Both the position numbers and the translations under genes were made by a program. From Gemmatimonadales bacterium (GTDB taxonomy: Bacteria; Gemmatimonadota; Gemmatimonadetes; Gemmatimonadales; GWC2-71-9), in contig JBFGJG010000070.1 of the NCBI GenBank assembly GCA_041577295.1, positions 1-15,989 on the forward strand: 15,989 nucleotides of DNA. Direction: 5' to 3'. Shown piece by piece: positions 1 to 8,575 of this stretch. The notes beneath the pieces are model-generated. The model made no database searches, was not told the origin of the DNA, and worked only from the letters and a program-made list of their open reading frames with translations. Every line of letters begins with the position of its first letter. Positions within the stretch are counted from its first letter, which is position 1.

Positions 1-306
1 AACGTGCAGGCGAGATCCGTACAGCTCGGCGTGAACGCCGCGGTCGGCGCCTGGTTGGGTGGCGTCACCGTGACGTTCTGACTCGTCGTATTCGTCGCCC
101 CATCGTCGTCGGTGACCGTCAAACTCACCGTGTAGGTCCCGCCCGTGGCGTACGTATGGCTCGGACTCTGGACGGTGGAGGTGTTGCCGTCGCCAAAGTC
201 CCAATCCCAGCTGGCGATCGTGCCATCGGGATCACTGCTCTGGTCGGTGAACGTGCACGCGAGATCGGTACAGCTCGGCGTGAACGCGGCCGTGGGCGCC
301 TGGTTG
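1..306 (-). repeat. Intragenic tandem PKD-domain repeat, 249-bp period
   Basis: 1-57 (aacgtgcaggcgagatccgtacagctcggcgtgaacgccgcggtcggcgcctggttg) repeats at 250-306 with only synonymous changes. Both copies encode NQAPTAAFTPSCTDLACT. The second unit continues off the window. Confidence 0.9.
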
Positions 307-2930
307 CCTCCGACCGTGTAATCCACATGGAGCAGCGGAGCCGCCGCGGCGACCCCATTGTACGACTCCGCCACCCGCACACCCGTGCCGGTGATGATGA
401 TTACCAACGAATTGCCGCTCGCCCACCCGGGACGATTCACGATCTCTTGAATGATCGACGCGATATTCGGCGTCTGCTGGTCGGGTCCGGCCTCTCCTAC
501 CGTTGGCCACGCCGCCGGGGACCATGTCATGGAGCTCGCCGTGCGGCTCCTCGAGGAGACGTTCGTGCTTGCTGACGTGAATGTCGGCGGATTGTCCGCG
601 GCCTGGCCTTGAATGGTGAGGGATGTGGCGTCAGAGGTCGCCTCGTCGACTTGAAACTGGATCGTGGCGTTCGTAATGGTTGCGCCCTGGGGAATCGTCA
701 TCCCGTTGAATCGCATGCCCACCGTTTGATTACTGCCTGAGCTGCCGGTAAAGACCAACTCCAGATCACTGCTCGACAACGACACGCTGCCGGAAGCCGA
801 CTCCTCCGCATCGTCACTGCTAGCCGCTACCCGCACTTCGACCGTCATCAAGCCCTCGACATTCACTGTCACCGAGATGCTGCTCGATCCCACCGCGCCG
901 CCCGCATCGGTCACCGAAGCCGTGATCGAGTGGGTGCCGGTCGAGAGGGTGCTGGTCGAGAACGATCCTCCCGAACCGATAGAGCCGTCGAGGTTCGAAC
1001 TCCACGCGAGGCTCGTCGTGAGATCTCCATCCTCAGGATCGGTCGCCGTTCCAGTAAACGTGATGTTGTCGCCTTCGTTGTAGGTCGAGCCATTGGACGG
1101 CGCCGTGATCGTCACCGTGGGTAAGACGTTCCCCGAAAACGCAGGGAAGGAGAACTCGTAGGCCAGGCCGTCGTTTTCGTTGGGATCCGAGTTGTTGTCC
1201 GTGCCCCGGTCGACGATCCGTAGGGTCATCACACCGGGATCGGTGCTGCTCGGCACATACGCCAAGCCGGCGGGTTTGTCCGGACTCGCGGAAGAGATGT
1301 CGAGCGTACGCAGGAGTGATCCCGCGGTCGTTACATGAAAGACGGACTCCTCGGGCTTGCCGACCAGGTAGAGGTGACCGAATTCTGAGTCATAGACGAT
1401 GCCTTCGGGGTCTGTGAGGCCCAAACCCTCCGTATCGAAGCTCGTAACCTGATCGTCGCCAGCTGGGGCCACACCATCGAACACGCCGTTGCTCCCTGGG
1501 GACACGCGGTACACTTCCGAATTCACGCCGTCGACGATGTACAACACGCCCTGCGCAAAATCGTACGTTACCCCCTCGGGATCGTTGCTCCCGAATACGC
1601 CAGTATCAAAAGAGGTGATGATGTCATCTGGAGTGTCGTAGAGTCCGTCAGGACCGGGGTTAATCTCGAAGATTTCGTCCTGACTGTCGTCGGAATAGAA
1701 GAGGTGAGTGTTAGCCGGGTTGTAGGTGACTCCGGTTGGTTCGTTCGAAAACAAGGTGCTGGTGAGTGTGTCGACGAGGGTCCCACTCAGGGTGACTCGA
1801 AATTGATTTACGCCAGTAAAGATCGACATCTCGTTGACTTCGGAATCGCTGATCAGCAGATCACCGAGATGATCTAGGTAGGTGATGCCTGCGGGGTCGG
1901 GACTCGGCGGCGAGAACTGCCACGTCTCGATCGTTGCGACCAAGGTGGCAACTTCCATGGCCGCCATTGCAATGGAGAACGACGGTGACTGGTTGGAAGC
2001 TTGGAATAGCGAAACCTCCGTGATGTGCCCAGCTTCCCGGAAGCTGTTCCGTCTGCTGGGTCCTGCCCGGCTTCCAAGCCCGCTGTCGCCGATGTACAAA
2101 CTCATCTCGGAGGGATCGTCGGTGGCGTCTCCACTGGGTCCGAAAGTCATCCCGTGTGTGTTGTGAAATCCGAAGCCTGACAGATCGCGAGTTGCCACCA
2201 TCTGGCCGGTCGCCGCCAACTCATGGAGCACATAGGTCGCGGCGTCCAATACATGGAGGTGCCCGGTCGTTGGGTCGAAGGCGAGACCCCGCAGACTGGT
2301 TGAACCGGTGTGCACGAGGTCGATGTCGGCGATGGTTGCGCGGGCCCAGCCACCGCGCCGATCGCGCACCACGTGGAGGATCCGTGGACCAACGGCGTCC
2401 AAGATGAACACCCCTCCACTAACGGGGTCCACGGTCAATCCCTGTGGGTCACGCAATCCAAAGTGCCGCACGTCGATCCGCTCGAGCGTCTGAGCATCTA
2501 AGCTTCCGTCGCGGAGCGCACGGATCTCGACCAACTGGCCTGCGGATTCGAGCATCAGCAAGCGACCGGCTTTGTCATCGAAGGCGATGTTGACGGGGTC
2601 GGCGACACTCGCGCCAAACTGCACTGTTCCGGTCGGATCGCCAGCAAGGGTAATCAGCTCGACATCGATGGCGGATGGCGGGGGTGCCCCTGGCTGTCGC
2701 GCGACGACGAACAGCATGCCGGCAGTCCGTGAGAAGGTGACACCGGTGGGGTTGGTAACGCCGAGTTCGATCGGCTCGAGCACACGTGCCACGCGAGCTT
2801 CCGCGCTAGCCGGTGGTGGCACGTCAGGACGGACTACTGGCTCAAACGGCTCCCGCTCGCAAGCGGCGACGAGAGCGAGTACGACAGCAGCTAATGCGGC
2901 GAGCGTCCGGAGGGGCCAGCGAGCCATCAT
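1..2930 (-). CDS. Large multidomain surface lipoprotein, 3'-truncated by the window edge (>976 aa): two beta-propellers (SdiA-regulated/YjiK-like), Ig-like domain, 'SSDDAEE' beta-sandwich, tandem PKD domains
   Basis: Not in the ORF track. I read the frame by hand: there is no stop from ATG 2930 to position 3, and the upstream in-frame TAG is at 2997-2999. The N-terminus MMARWPLRTLAALAAVVLALVAAC is a signal peptide II with Cys24 at 2859-2861. Propeller blade motifs recur (NPTGVTF, DPQGLTVDP, DPAGITY, EPTGVTY, DPEGVTY, DPEGIVY). The PKD signature WDWDFGDG...HTYATGGTYTVSLTVTDDDG lies at about 100-215. Confidence 0.9.
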   Translation of the reverse strand, partial: MMARWPLRTLAALAAVVLALVAACEREPFEPVVRPDVPPPASAEARVARVLEPIELGVTNPTGVTFSRTAGMLFVVARQPGAPPPSAIDVELITLAGDPTGTVQFGASVADPVNIAFDDKAGRLLMLESAGQLVEIRALRDGSLDAQTLERIDVRHFGLRDPQGLTVDPVSGGVFILDAVGPRILHVVRDRRGGWARATIADIDLVHTGSTSLRGLAFDPTTGHLHVLDAATYVLHELAATGQMVATRDLSGFGFHNTHGMTFGPSGDATDDPSEMSLYIGDSGLGSRAGPSRRNSFREAGHITEVSLFQASNQSPSFSIAMAAMEVATLVATIETWQFSPPSPDPAGITYLDHLGDLLISDSEVNEMSIFTGVNQFRVTLSGTLVDTLTSTLFSNEPTGVTYNPANTHLFYSDDSQDEIFEINPGPDGLYDTPDDIITSFDTGVFGSNDPEGVTYDFAQGVLYIVDGVNSEVYRVSPGSNGVFDGVAPAGDDQVTSFDTEGLGLTDPEGIVYDSEFGHLYLVGKPEESVFHVTTAGSLLRTLDISSASPDKPAGLAYVPSSTDPGVMTLRIVDRGTDNNSDPNENDGLAYEFSFPAFSGNVLPTVTITAPSNGSTYNEGDNITFTGTATDPEDGDLTTSLAWSSNLDGSIGSGGSFSTSTLSTGTHSITASVTDAGGAVGSSSISVTVNVEGLMTVEVRVAASSDDAEESASGSVSLSSSDLELVFTGSSGSNQTVGMRFNGMTIPQGATITNATIQFQVDEATSDATSLTIQGQAADNPPTFTSASTNVSSRSRTASSMTWSPAAWPTVGEAGPDQQTPNIASIIQEIVNRPGWASGNSLVIIITGTGVRVAESYNGVAAAAPLLHVDYTVGGNQAPTAAFTPSCTDLACTFTDQSSDPDGTIASWDWDFGDGNTSTVQSPSHTYATGGTYTVSLTVTDDDGATNTTSQNVTVTPPNQAPTAAFTPSCTDLACT

Positions 2931-3121
2931 CACGATGCGGGCAGGGGCGAGCGGTTGACCCCATCCACCTGCACGAGGTGAGGTATCAACGACGTCCTAC
3001 TTCGACATGACGCGAGGCCGGACATGCGTTTTGACTCCCGGTCGTGGCTCGACAATCGCGCTGCCAACGCGGCGACCAGTGGAATTCGTTGCGAGAATGG
3101 AGCTTGACGGCCGTGAACTGT

Positions 3122-3137
3122 AGAAAGGTCCGTGCCA
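3122..3137 (-). promoter_or_regulatory. Possible sigma54 promoter for the large lipoprotein gene
   Basis: Minus strand reads TGGCACG-GACC-TTTCT: a perfect -24 box with correct spacing, but the -12 box is TTTC rather than TTGC. It lies about 190 bp upstream of ATG 2930. Confidence 0.25.
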
Positions 3138-3224
3138 TAGATATGCCGTTGGATGGCTGCGACAGTTTCACATCCGAATCGCACTCACGAAGTACTGAGC
3201 GGATTCTGGCTCGAACCAAGCCGA

Positions 3225-3240
3225 CGGCACCGTGGCTGCT
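3225..3240 (+). promoter_or_regulatory. Possible sigma54 promoter for the kinase-like/flippase pair
   Basis: CGGCACC-GTGG-CTGCT gives GG-N10-GC spacing, 130 bp upstream of ATG 3371. Confidence 0.3.
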
Positions 3241-3370
3241 GGTGGTATGAAGCCATCACCGAGGTGCACGGTTGTGGCGTACGGCCAACAATGAAAAAAC
3301 ACGAGGGCGCATTGCATCGGCCTGGATCGTGCACATCTGAGAGAGTCTCTAATTCAACGCAAGGACTTGG

Positions 3371-4300
3371 ATGCTCGATCTCACTTTCCTCGCAACGGGT
3401 CACCGACAGCACGTGTTCGTTCGGACCAGTCCAAATTCGGACGATTGGGTGTACAAAATTCCAGCGGCGCCCGGTTACCTCGTGCCGTATCGTCACAAGG
3501 TCGGTAAGGCACCACGGCGTCTGCTGTCCAAAAAGGGAGTTCGCTGGATTCTGTTCGATGCGCCCTATCGTCTCGGTCGGGCGTTCGAGCCTCGAGCATC
3601 CTCGTCGACTCCACGCCCGCTACGTTGGCTCGCAGCCCCGCTACGAGTGGCGAGCCGAATAGGCGCGACGGTGCGCAATCGTGTTTTCCTGGCCTACTTC
3701 AGACGGGCCCGCGCCATGAACTTCACCACGATGCTCGACGTACTGGAGCGTTTGACCCGTGCTGGCCTGCGCGATCATTTGGTCCCGTTCCAGATCATAC
3801 GTCAGGGATCAGCGACACTCCGTATTGACGATCGGACCGTGTCGTACGACGGACCCATGCTCATGCAGCACCGCGTTGAGACCTTTTTCACCAAGCAGTC
3901 GCTTGCGACGTTTGAGTGGGACGAGCTCGTTGACGCGCTCCATGCGTTGTGGCGTCACGGGTTTGCGCTGACGGAGAAGGGAGAGAATTTGGGCTATCGA
4001 AGTTGGGCGCTGATAGACGGACACCTACGTCTCGCAGACACCAGCTCGCTCAGCACTGACTTCCGCCTCGCCCGCAATTGTCTGCGCGATGACTTTCTCG
4101 CTGCTCAACAGAACATGGTCGTCTCGTTCCATGGCGAGTCCGAGATGGCAACCGCTTTCCGCGAGTTCTTTGACTACCTCCGACAACACGTCAATCAGGC
4201 TCGACTCGACGCGTTGTGGCGTATTGACGTTGACCGTCCCGCCGTAGCGTCAGGAGGTGCGTCCGTCATGGAACGTTCACCAACCACACGCCGCGCATGA
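3371..4300 (+). CDS. Hypothetical protein with protein-kinase-like (PKL) fold features; possible atypical kinase or pseudokinase
   Basis: 309-aa ORF whose stop overlaps the flippase start (ATGA at 4297-4300). FLATGHRQHVF...WVYKIP resembles the Gly loop and beta3 Lys, MLMQHRV resembles the hinge strand, LHALWRHGF resembles helix E, and LRLADTSSL resembles the DFG strand. The CDS is well supported. The fold assignment rests on motif spacing judged by eye. Confidence 0.7.
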   Translation: MLDLTFLATGHRQHVFVRTSPNSDDWVYKIPAAPGYLVPYRHKVGKAPRRLLSKKGVRWILFDAPYRLGRAFEPRASSSTPRPLRWLAAPLRVASRIGATVRNRVFLAYFRRARAMNFTTMLDVLERLTRAGLRDHLVPFQIIRQGSATLRIDDRTVSYDGPMLMQHRVETFFTKQSLATFEWDELVDALHALWRHGFALTEKGENLGYRSWALIDGHLRLADTSSLSTDFRLARNCLRDDFLAAQQNMVVSFHGESEMATAFREFFDYLRQHVNQARLDALWRIDVDRPAVASGGASVMERSPTTRRA

Positions 4301-5844
4301 CCAGTCCGCCAGTCAGCCTTACACACCGCGCGATCACCGGTCTCGTCTGGATGGCGGGTGGAAAGGGCGCGAGCACAATCCTCGATGTCATCGTGCTCGC
4401 CGCGTTGGCCAGGCTGCTAACGCCGGAAGACTTCGGCATCGTTGGGGCCGCGATGGTCATTACCCGATTCTCCAGCGTATTCTCGCGTCTGGGGTTGGGA
4501 CCAGCGCTGGTGCAGCTCCCAAAGCTCGAAATACGTCACGAGCGAACGGCATTTGCCGCCTCCATCGCACTGGGTGTCATCCTCGGTGCTCTGATCTGGA
4601 TCGCGGCGCCTGCGGTAAGTGCGTTCTTTCGAATCGATGGGGTCGAACCGGTCCTGCGTGTCCTGGCGTGGACCTTTCCACTCAAGGGGCTGAGCGCAGT
4701 TGCTGAATCGCTGTTGCTGCGCGATCTCCGGTTTCGCTGGCTCGCGACGCTTCAGTTGAAAACATTCGCGTTCGCATACGCCCCTGTGGGGATCGGGTTG
4801 GCAGTTGCTGGGTTCGGCGTCTGGTCGCTGGTCGCTGCCAAGATGACGCAAGCGATCCTGCGGGCGACATTGTTGCTCACAGCGCGTCGGCCGCCCCGGT
4901 GGCCATGGCCCGAGCGTAAGGCGTTCAACGAGCTTGTCTACTTTGGTGGGGGATTCACGATTGCGAAGCTCGCCAACTATCTGGCGCAAGAGGGCGACTA
5001 CATAGTCGTGGGCCGCTGGCTCGGCGCAGCGGCACTCGGTTTCTACACGCGTGCGTACAAGCTCATGGCAGCGCCGGCCTCACTTTTCGGCGGCATGCTG
5101 GACGACGTGCTCTTTCCGACAATGGCACGGGTGCAGACCGAAAAGAAACGGTTGGCGCTCGCCTACCGCCGAGGCGTGGCACTGGTCGCCCTCGTCATGC
5201 TGCCAATGAGTGCTGGTCTCACGGTGCTTGCTCCTGAGCTGGTTGTGGTGGCACTCGGGTCGCAATGGGGTGAAACGATCCTCCCGTTGCAGATTTTGGC
5301 GGTCGGGCTCCTTTTTCGAACGAGCTACAAGATGAGCGACGCGCTCGCTCGGGCCACGGGTGCGGTGTATCGGCGGGCGTGGCGACAGGTCATTTATGCC
5401 GCGCTTGTTTTTGGGGGTGCGTGGGTGGGGCAGCACTGGGGGCTCGACGGCGTGGCCGCAGGGGTGCTCGGTGCCATCACTATCAACTTCCTGCTCATGG
5501 CAGCGCTGAGTCTAAACGTCACAGGCCTGACGGTAGGACAATTCATCGTGGCTCACCGTCCGGCTTTTGCGCTTACTCTCGTCACGGCGTCGTCGGTATG
5601 GGGCGCCGCGACGTTGCTCCGACATTGGACGCTTCCACCATTGGTCGTATTGATCGTCGCGAGCGTGACCGCGGCTGGGCTGTCACTTCTCGCCGTTGGA
5701 TTGCTACCGAAGCTGCTGCTCGGCAGGGATGGGTTGTGGATGCTCGACACGCTTCGGTCCATGGTCACATCGCGCTTGTCGCGGGCAGGACGGTCGGGGA
5801 AGAAACGGGTTCGCGATGTGACGACGGTCAAGGCAGCGCTTTAG
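4297..5844 (+). CDS. wzx: Wzx/WzxC-like polysaccharide repeat-unit flippase (MOP/PST family)
   Basis: 515 aa, highly hydrophobic. Typical motifs LARLLTPEDFG, GLGPALVQ, GFGVWSLV, DYIVVGRWLGAAALGFYTRAY and VLFPTMAR. Confidence 0.92.
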   Translation: MTSPPVSLTHRAITGLVWMAGGKGASTILDVIVLAALARLLTPEDFGIVGAAMVITRFSSVFSRLGLGPALVQLPKLEIRHERTAFAASIALGVILGALIWIAAPAVSAFFRIDGVEPVLRVLAWTFPLKGLSAVAESLLLRDLRFRWLATLQLKTFAFAYAPVGIGLAVAGFGVWSLVAAKMTQAILRATLLLTARRPPRWPWPERKAFNELVYFGGGFTIAKLANYLAQEGDYIVVGRWLGAAALGFYTRAYKLMAAPASLFGGMLDDVLFPTMARVQTEKKRLALAYRRGVALVALVMLPMSAGLTVLAPELVVVALGSQWGETILPLQILAVGLLFRTSYKMSDALARATGAVYRRAWRQVIYAALVFGGAWVGQHWGLDGVAAGVLGAITINFLLMAALSLNVTGLTVGQFIVAHRPAFALTLVTASSVWGAATLLRHWTLPPLVVLIVASVTAAGLSLLAVGLLPKLLLGRDGLWMLDTLRSMVTSRLSRAGRSGKKRVRDVTTVKAAL

Positions 5845-7238
5845 CGTTCAGGCGGGACCTCCACTGCAGCCGCCATCTCGTGAAGCCATTCCTCGAGGTT
5901 AGTATAGCCGTCCCCGTCCTCATCCTCGTCGGGCTCTTCTGGAAGTGACAACGGTCGGGCTACCTCCGGCATCGTTGGCCAACCGCCGACGTCCTCCGGG
6001 CGATCGATGATCCGACCCACGCGCGACTGCACCTCCCGGACGAGGCGTGCATCCACCGCGTCACGATCGGCTGGGCGAGCGCCCGCATTGGCCAAGACCC
6101 ATGCTTCGACCTCGTCGCTCGCGCGCAAGGTGAGCGATGTCCACAGCGGAGGCGCGCCGGCCTTCACGTCAAACGACACGTCATCGATCTCGGCAATCGA
6201 CCACGGGTCTATTTTGGCTCTTCGCCAGGCGTTGTCCGCCAGGAACACCTGCGTCCCTCGCGCAACCGACGCGTTCACTTCGACGCAGACCGCTCTCGAG
6301 GGCGTGTCGCCACCAGCTATGAACACGTTGCCCACGATGCTTGCCACAATGGGCTGAAACGTGGGGTTAGACCGCGAATCCCACATGGGAATGGCCGCTC
6401 CGTTACCCCAATTATAGATGACGTTGTTCACGAGAATGGTCGACGTATTTCCCTTGATGGCCGGATTGCGATCCTCGTTGTGCGCCACCAAGTTGCCGAT
6501 GAACGTGAATGCGTGGGTCCCCTCCGCGAGAAACACACCCTTCGAGTGCGCACCCTCAGGGTGCAACGAGTGATTGAGTGCCTCGCTGAAGATCGAGTGG
6601 CGCACGGTGACGTCGCGAGAGTTGTAAATGCTGAACAGCTCGTCGATGGCCCAGCTCGCCGAGATATGGTCAATGACGATGTTGTAGATCTCGTCCTCTC
6701 CCAGGAGCCGCAGCGCGTCACGCGACCCGGGGGATGGGCCTGTTGGATCGTCACCCACTCGGATGCGGATATGCTGGATCAACACGTCGTGCGTTCCGAC
6801 CACCAGTGTGGCACCGGTCACTGTGATGCCGGGAGACGGTGCCGTTTGACCCGCGACGGTGACGAACGGATGCTCGATCACGAGGTTGGAGCTTAGGGTA
6901 ATGACGCCCGCAATCTCGAACACAACGACGCGGGGTCCCTCGGTCGCGAGCGCGGCTCTCAGGGTACCCGGGCCAGTGTCGCCGAGGGAGGTCACGCGGA
7001 TGACGCGGCCCCTGCGCCCCGCCCGCGTCGTGGTCCCAGTGCCCTCGGCTCCTGGGAACACAGCAAGCATACCCGAATCCATTACGGCAGCCGAGGCCGC
7101 TTGCTGCAAAGAATCCAGCGTGGCTTGCGAGTCACCGTGTGCATCTCTCGGATCGTGGCACGCCCCGCAGACAAGTCCCGTCCAGGCGGCCGCCATTACG
7201 ATTGTTGCGAGACAGAAGAAGCGGCTGGTGGGTGTCAT
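5841..7238 (-). CDS. PL1-family (pectate lyase-like beta-helix, PL1_2-type) lipoprotein, paralogue A
   Basis: Motifs FPGAEG, GPGTLR, AGQTAP, IVIDHISASWAIDE, HNEDRNP and C-terminal DEDGDGYTNLEE. Start moved from 7658 (which overlaps the aminotransferase gene by about 350 bp) to ATG 7238, giving MTPTSRFFCLATIVMAAAWTGLVCGAC, a lipoprotein-type signal; 465 aa. Confidence 0.88.
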   Translation of the reverse strand: MTPTSRFFCLATIVMAAAWTGLVCGACHDPRDAHGDSQATLDSLQQAASAAVMDSGMLAVFPGAEGTGTTTRAGRRGRVIRVTSLGDTGPGTLRAALATEGPRVVVFEIAGVITLSSNLVIEHPFVTVAGQTAPSPGITVTGATLVVGTHDVLIQHIRIRVGDDPTGPSPGSRDALRLLGEDEIYNIVIDHISASWAIDELFSIYNSRDVTVRHSIFSEALNHSLHPEGAHSKGVFLAEGTHAFTFIGNLVAHNEDRNPAIKGNTSTILVNNVIYNWGNGAAIPMWDSRSNPTFQPIVASIVGNVFIAGGDTPSRAVCVEVNASVARGTQVFLADNAWRRAKIDPWSIAEIDDVSFDVKAGAPPLWTSLTLRASDEVEAWVLANAGARPADRDAVDARLVREVQSRVGRIIDRPEDVGGWPTMPEVARPLSLPEEPDEDEDGDGYTNLEEWLHEMAAAVEVPPER

Positions 7239-7303
7239 ACGTTCAAGGTAGAACGCGTCCTCCCGAATAAGCAGCCCAGCGGGTTTTGGATTCCCCGGAT
7301 GCA

Positions 7304-8575
7304 CTACCCGGGATGTCGTTCGCGTGCGGGACGACGCTCTCGCTGTCTGGTCGGCTGGATAACGGCGCGACGCTGGCGCCGGTGAACACTTTGAACGGTG
7401 TCCACCACGCGTTCGAGATCGCTCGTGTCGAGGTTGGTTCCTGACGGTAGGCAAAGACCGCGGACGAAGATGTCCGTGGAAACCGCACCACCGTAGCTCG
7501 GATACTGTGAGAAAACCGGTTGTAGGTGCATCGGTTTCCACACTGGTCGTGTTTCGATGCTCCGTTGTTCGAACGCCATGCGCAAGGCTTCCCGGTCCGC
7601 CCCGAATGCTGGGAGATCGAGCGTGAGGCACGTGAGCCATCGTGCGTGCCGTCCCCAAGGGGCCTCGGGCATGAACTCGATGCCCGGTGTGTCCTCGAGC
7701 GACCGTCGATAGAACTCAAAGTTGGCGCGCCGAGCTCTCACCCGGTCGTCAAGCACCTCCAGCTGACCGCGTCCGATTCCAGCAAGCACATTGCTCAGCC
7801 GGTAATTGTGCCCCACCTCGCAATGCTCGTAGTGAGCGGCTGCTTCACGGGCTTGTGTTGCCAGCTTCCGGGCGTGGTCGATGAGGTCGGCATCTTCCGA
7901 CACTAGCATCCCGCCGCCGGACGTCGTGATGATCTTGTTGCCGTTGAACGAGAATGCTCCGGCCAAACCAAATGTGCCCGGGGCGCGTCCTTTGTAGGTT
8001 GCGCCCAACGCCTCCGCTGCGTCCTCGATGAGGAGAACGCCGTACCGCTCGCAGAGCGAGAGGATCGAATCGATGTCCGCGCTCTGCCCGTAGAGGTGGA
8101 CGAGGACCACCGCTTTGGGGAGTCGCCCCTTGTTGGCTGCCTCCGCAAGCGCCTTCTCGAGCAGATTGGGGTCCATGTTCCAGGACGTTCGCTCGCTGTC
8201 GATGAATCGCGGTGTGGCGCCCTGATACAGAATTGGGTTCACGCTCGCGACGAACGTGAACGTGCTGACGAAGACCTCGTCTCCTGGTCCCACACCCGCC
8301 AGCTTGAGCGCGAGATGCAAGGCTGCCGTACCGGAGGTGAGTGCCGCGGCGTGCGTTGCGCCGATCGCCGCGCAGAATTCACGCTCGAATCCGTCCACGT
8401 TGGGACCCGTTGGCGCTATCCAATTGGTTTCGAATGCCTCGTCGATATAGTGGCGCTCCCGACCGGACATGTGCGGCGGAGAGAGGTAGATGTCATACGA
8501 CCGACCCGGTTCGAACGGGTCGGATGCGGCGCCGTGCTCGACGACACCGGGCGGAGCTTTCAACTGCTCATCCAT
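7304..8575 (-). CDS. DegT/DnrJ/EryC1/StrS PLP-dependent sugar aminotransferase (PglE/EpsN-like)
   Basis: IYLSPPHM, SGTAALHLAL, VHLYG, IEDAAEALG, SFNGNKIITTSGGG (PLP Lys), RPVWKPMHLQP and GLCLPSG. Its start overlaps the upstream GT stop by 8 bp. Confidence 0.95.
   Translation of the reverse strand: MDEQLKAPPGVVEHGAASDPFEPGRSYDIYLSPPHMSGRERHYIDEAFETNWIAPTGPNVDGFEREFCAAIGATHAAALTSGTAALHLALKLAGVGPGDEVFVSTFTFVASVNPILYQGATPRFIDSERTSWNMDPNLLEKALAEAANKGRLPKAVVLVHLYGQSADIDSILSLCERYGVLLIEDAAEALGATYKGRAPGTFGLAGAFSFNGNKIITTSGGGMLVSEDADLIDHARKLATQAREAAAHYEHCEVGHNYRLSNVLAGIGRGQLEVLDDRVRARRANFEFYRRSLEDTPGIEFMPEAPWGRHARWLTCLTLDLPAFGADREALRMAFEQRSIETRPVWKPMHLQPVFSQYPSYGGAVSTDIFVRGLCLPSGTNLDTSDLERVVDTVQSVHRRQRRAVIQPTRQRERRPARERHPG

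Noticed and set aside
125..2958. Numerous short ORFs in the track over the left 3 kb
   Set aside because: They are antisense or alternate-frame shadows of the long minus-strand lipoprotein ORF and carry no recognisable motifs.
3153..3662. 169-aa plus-strand ORF and other small ORFs across the divergent gap
   Set aside because: The composition is random-looking and Cys/Ser/Arg-rich, and it overlaps the better-supported 3371-4300 CDS.
7239..7658. 140-aa N-terminal extension of lyase A given by the ORF track
   Set aside because: It overlaps the conserved 3' end of the aminotransferase in another frame, and the signal peptide begins at ATG 7238.
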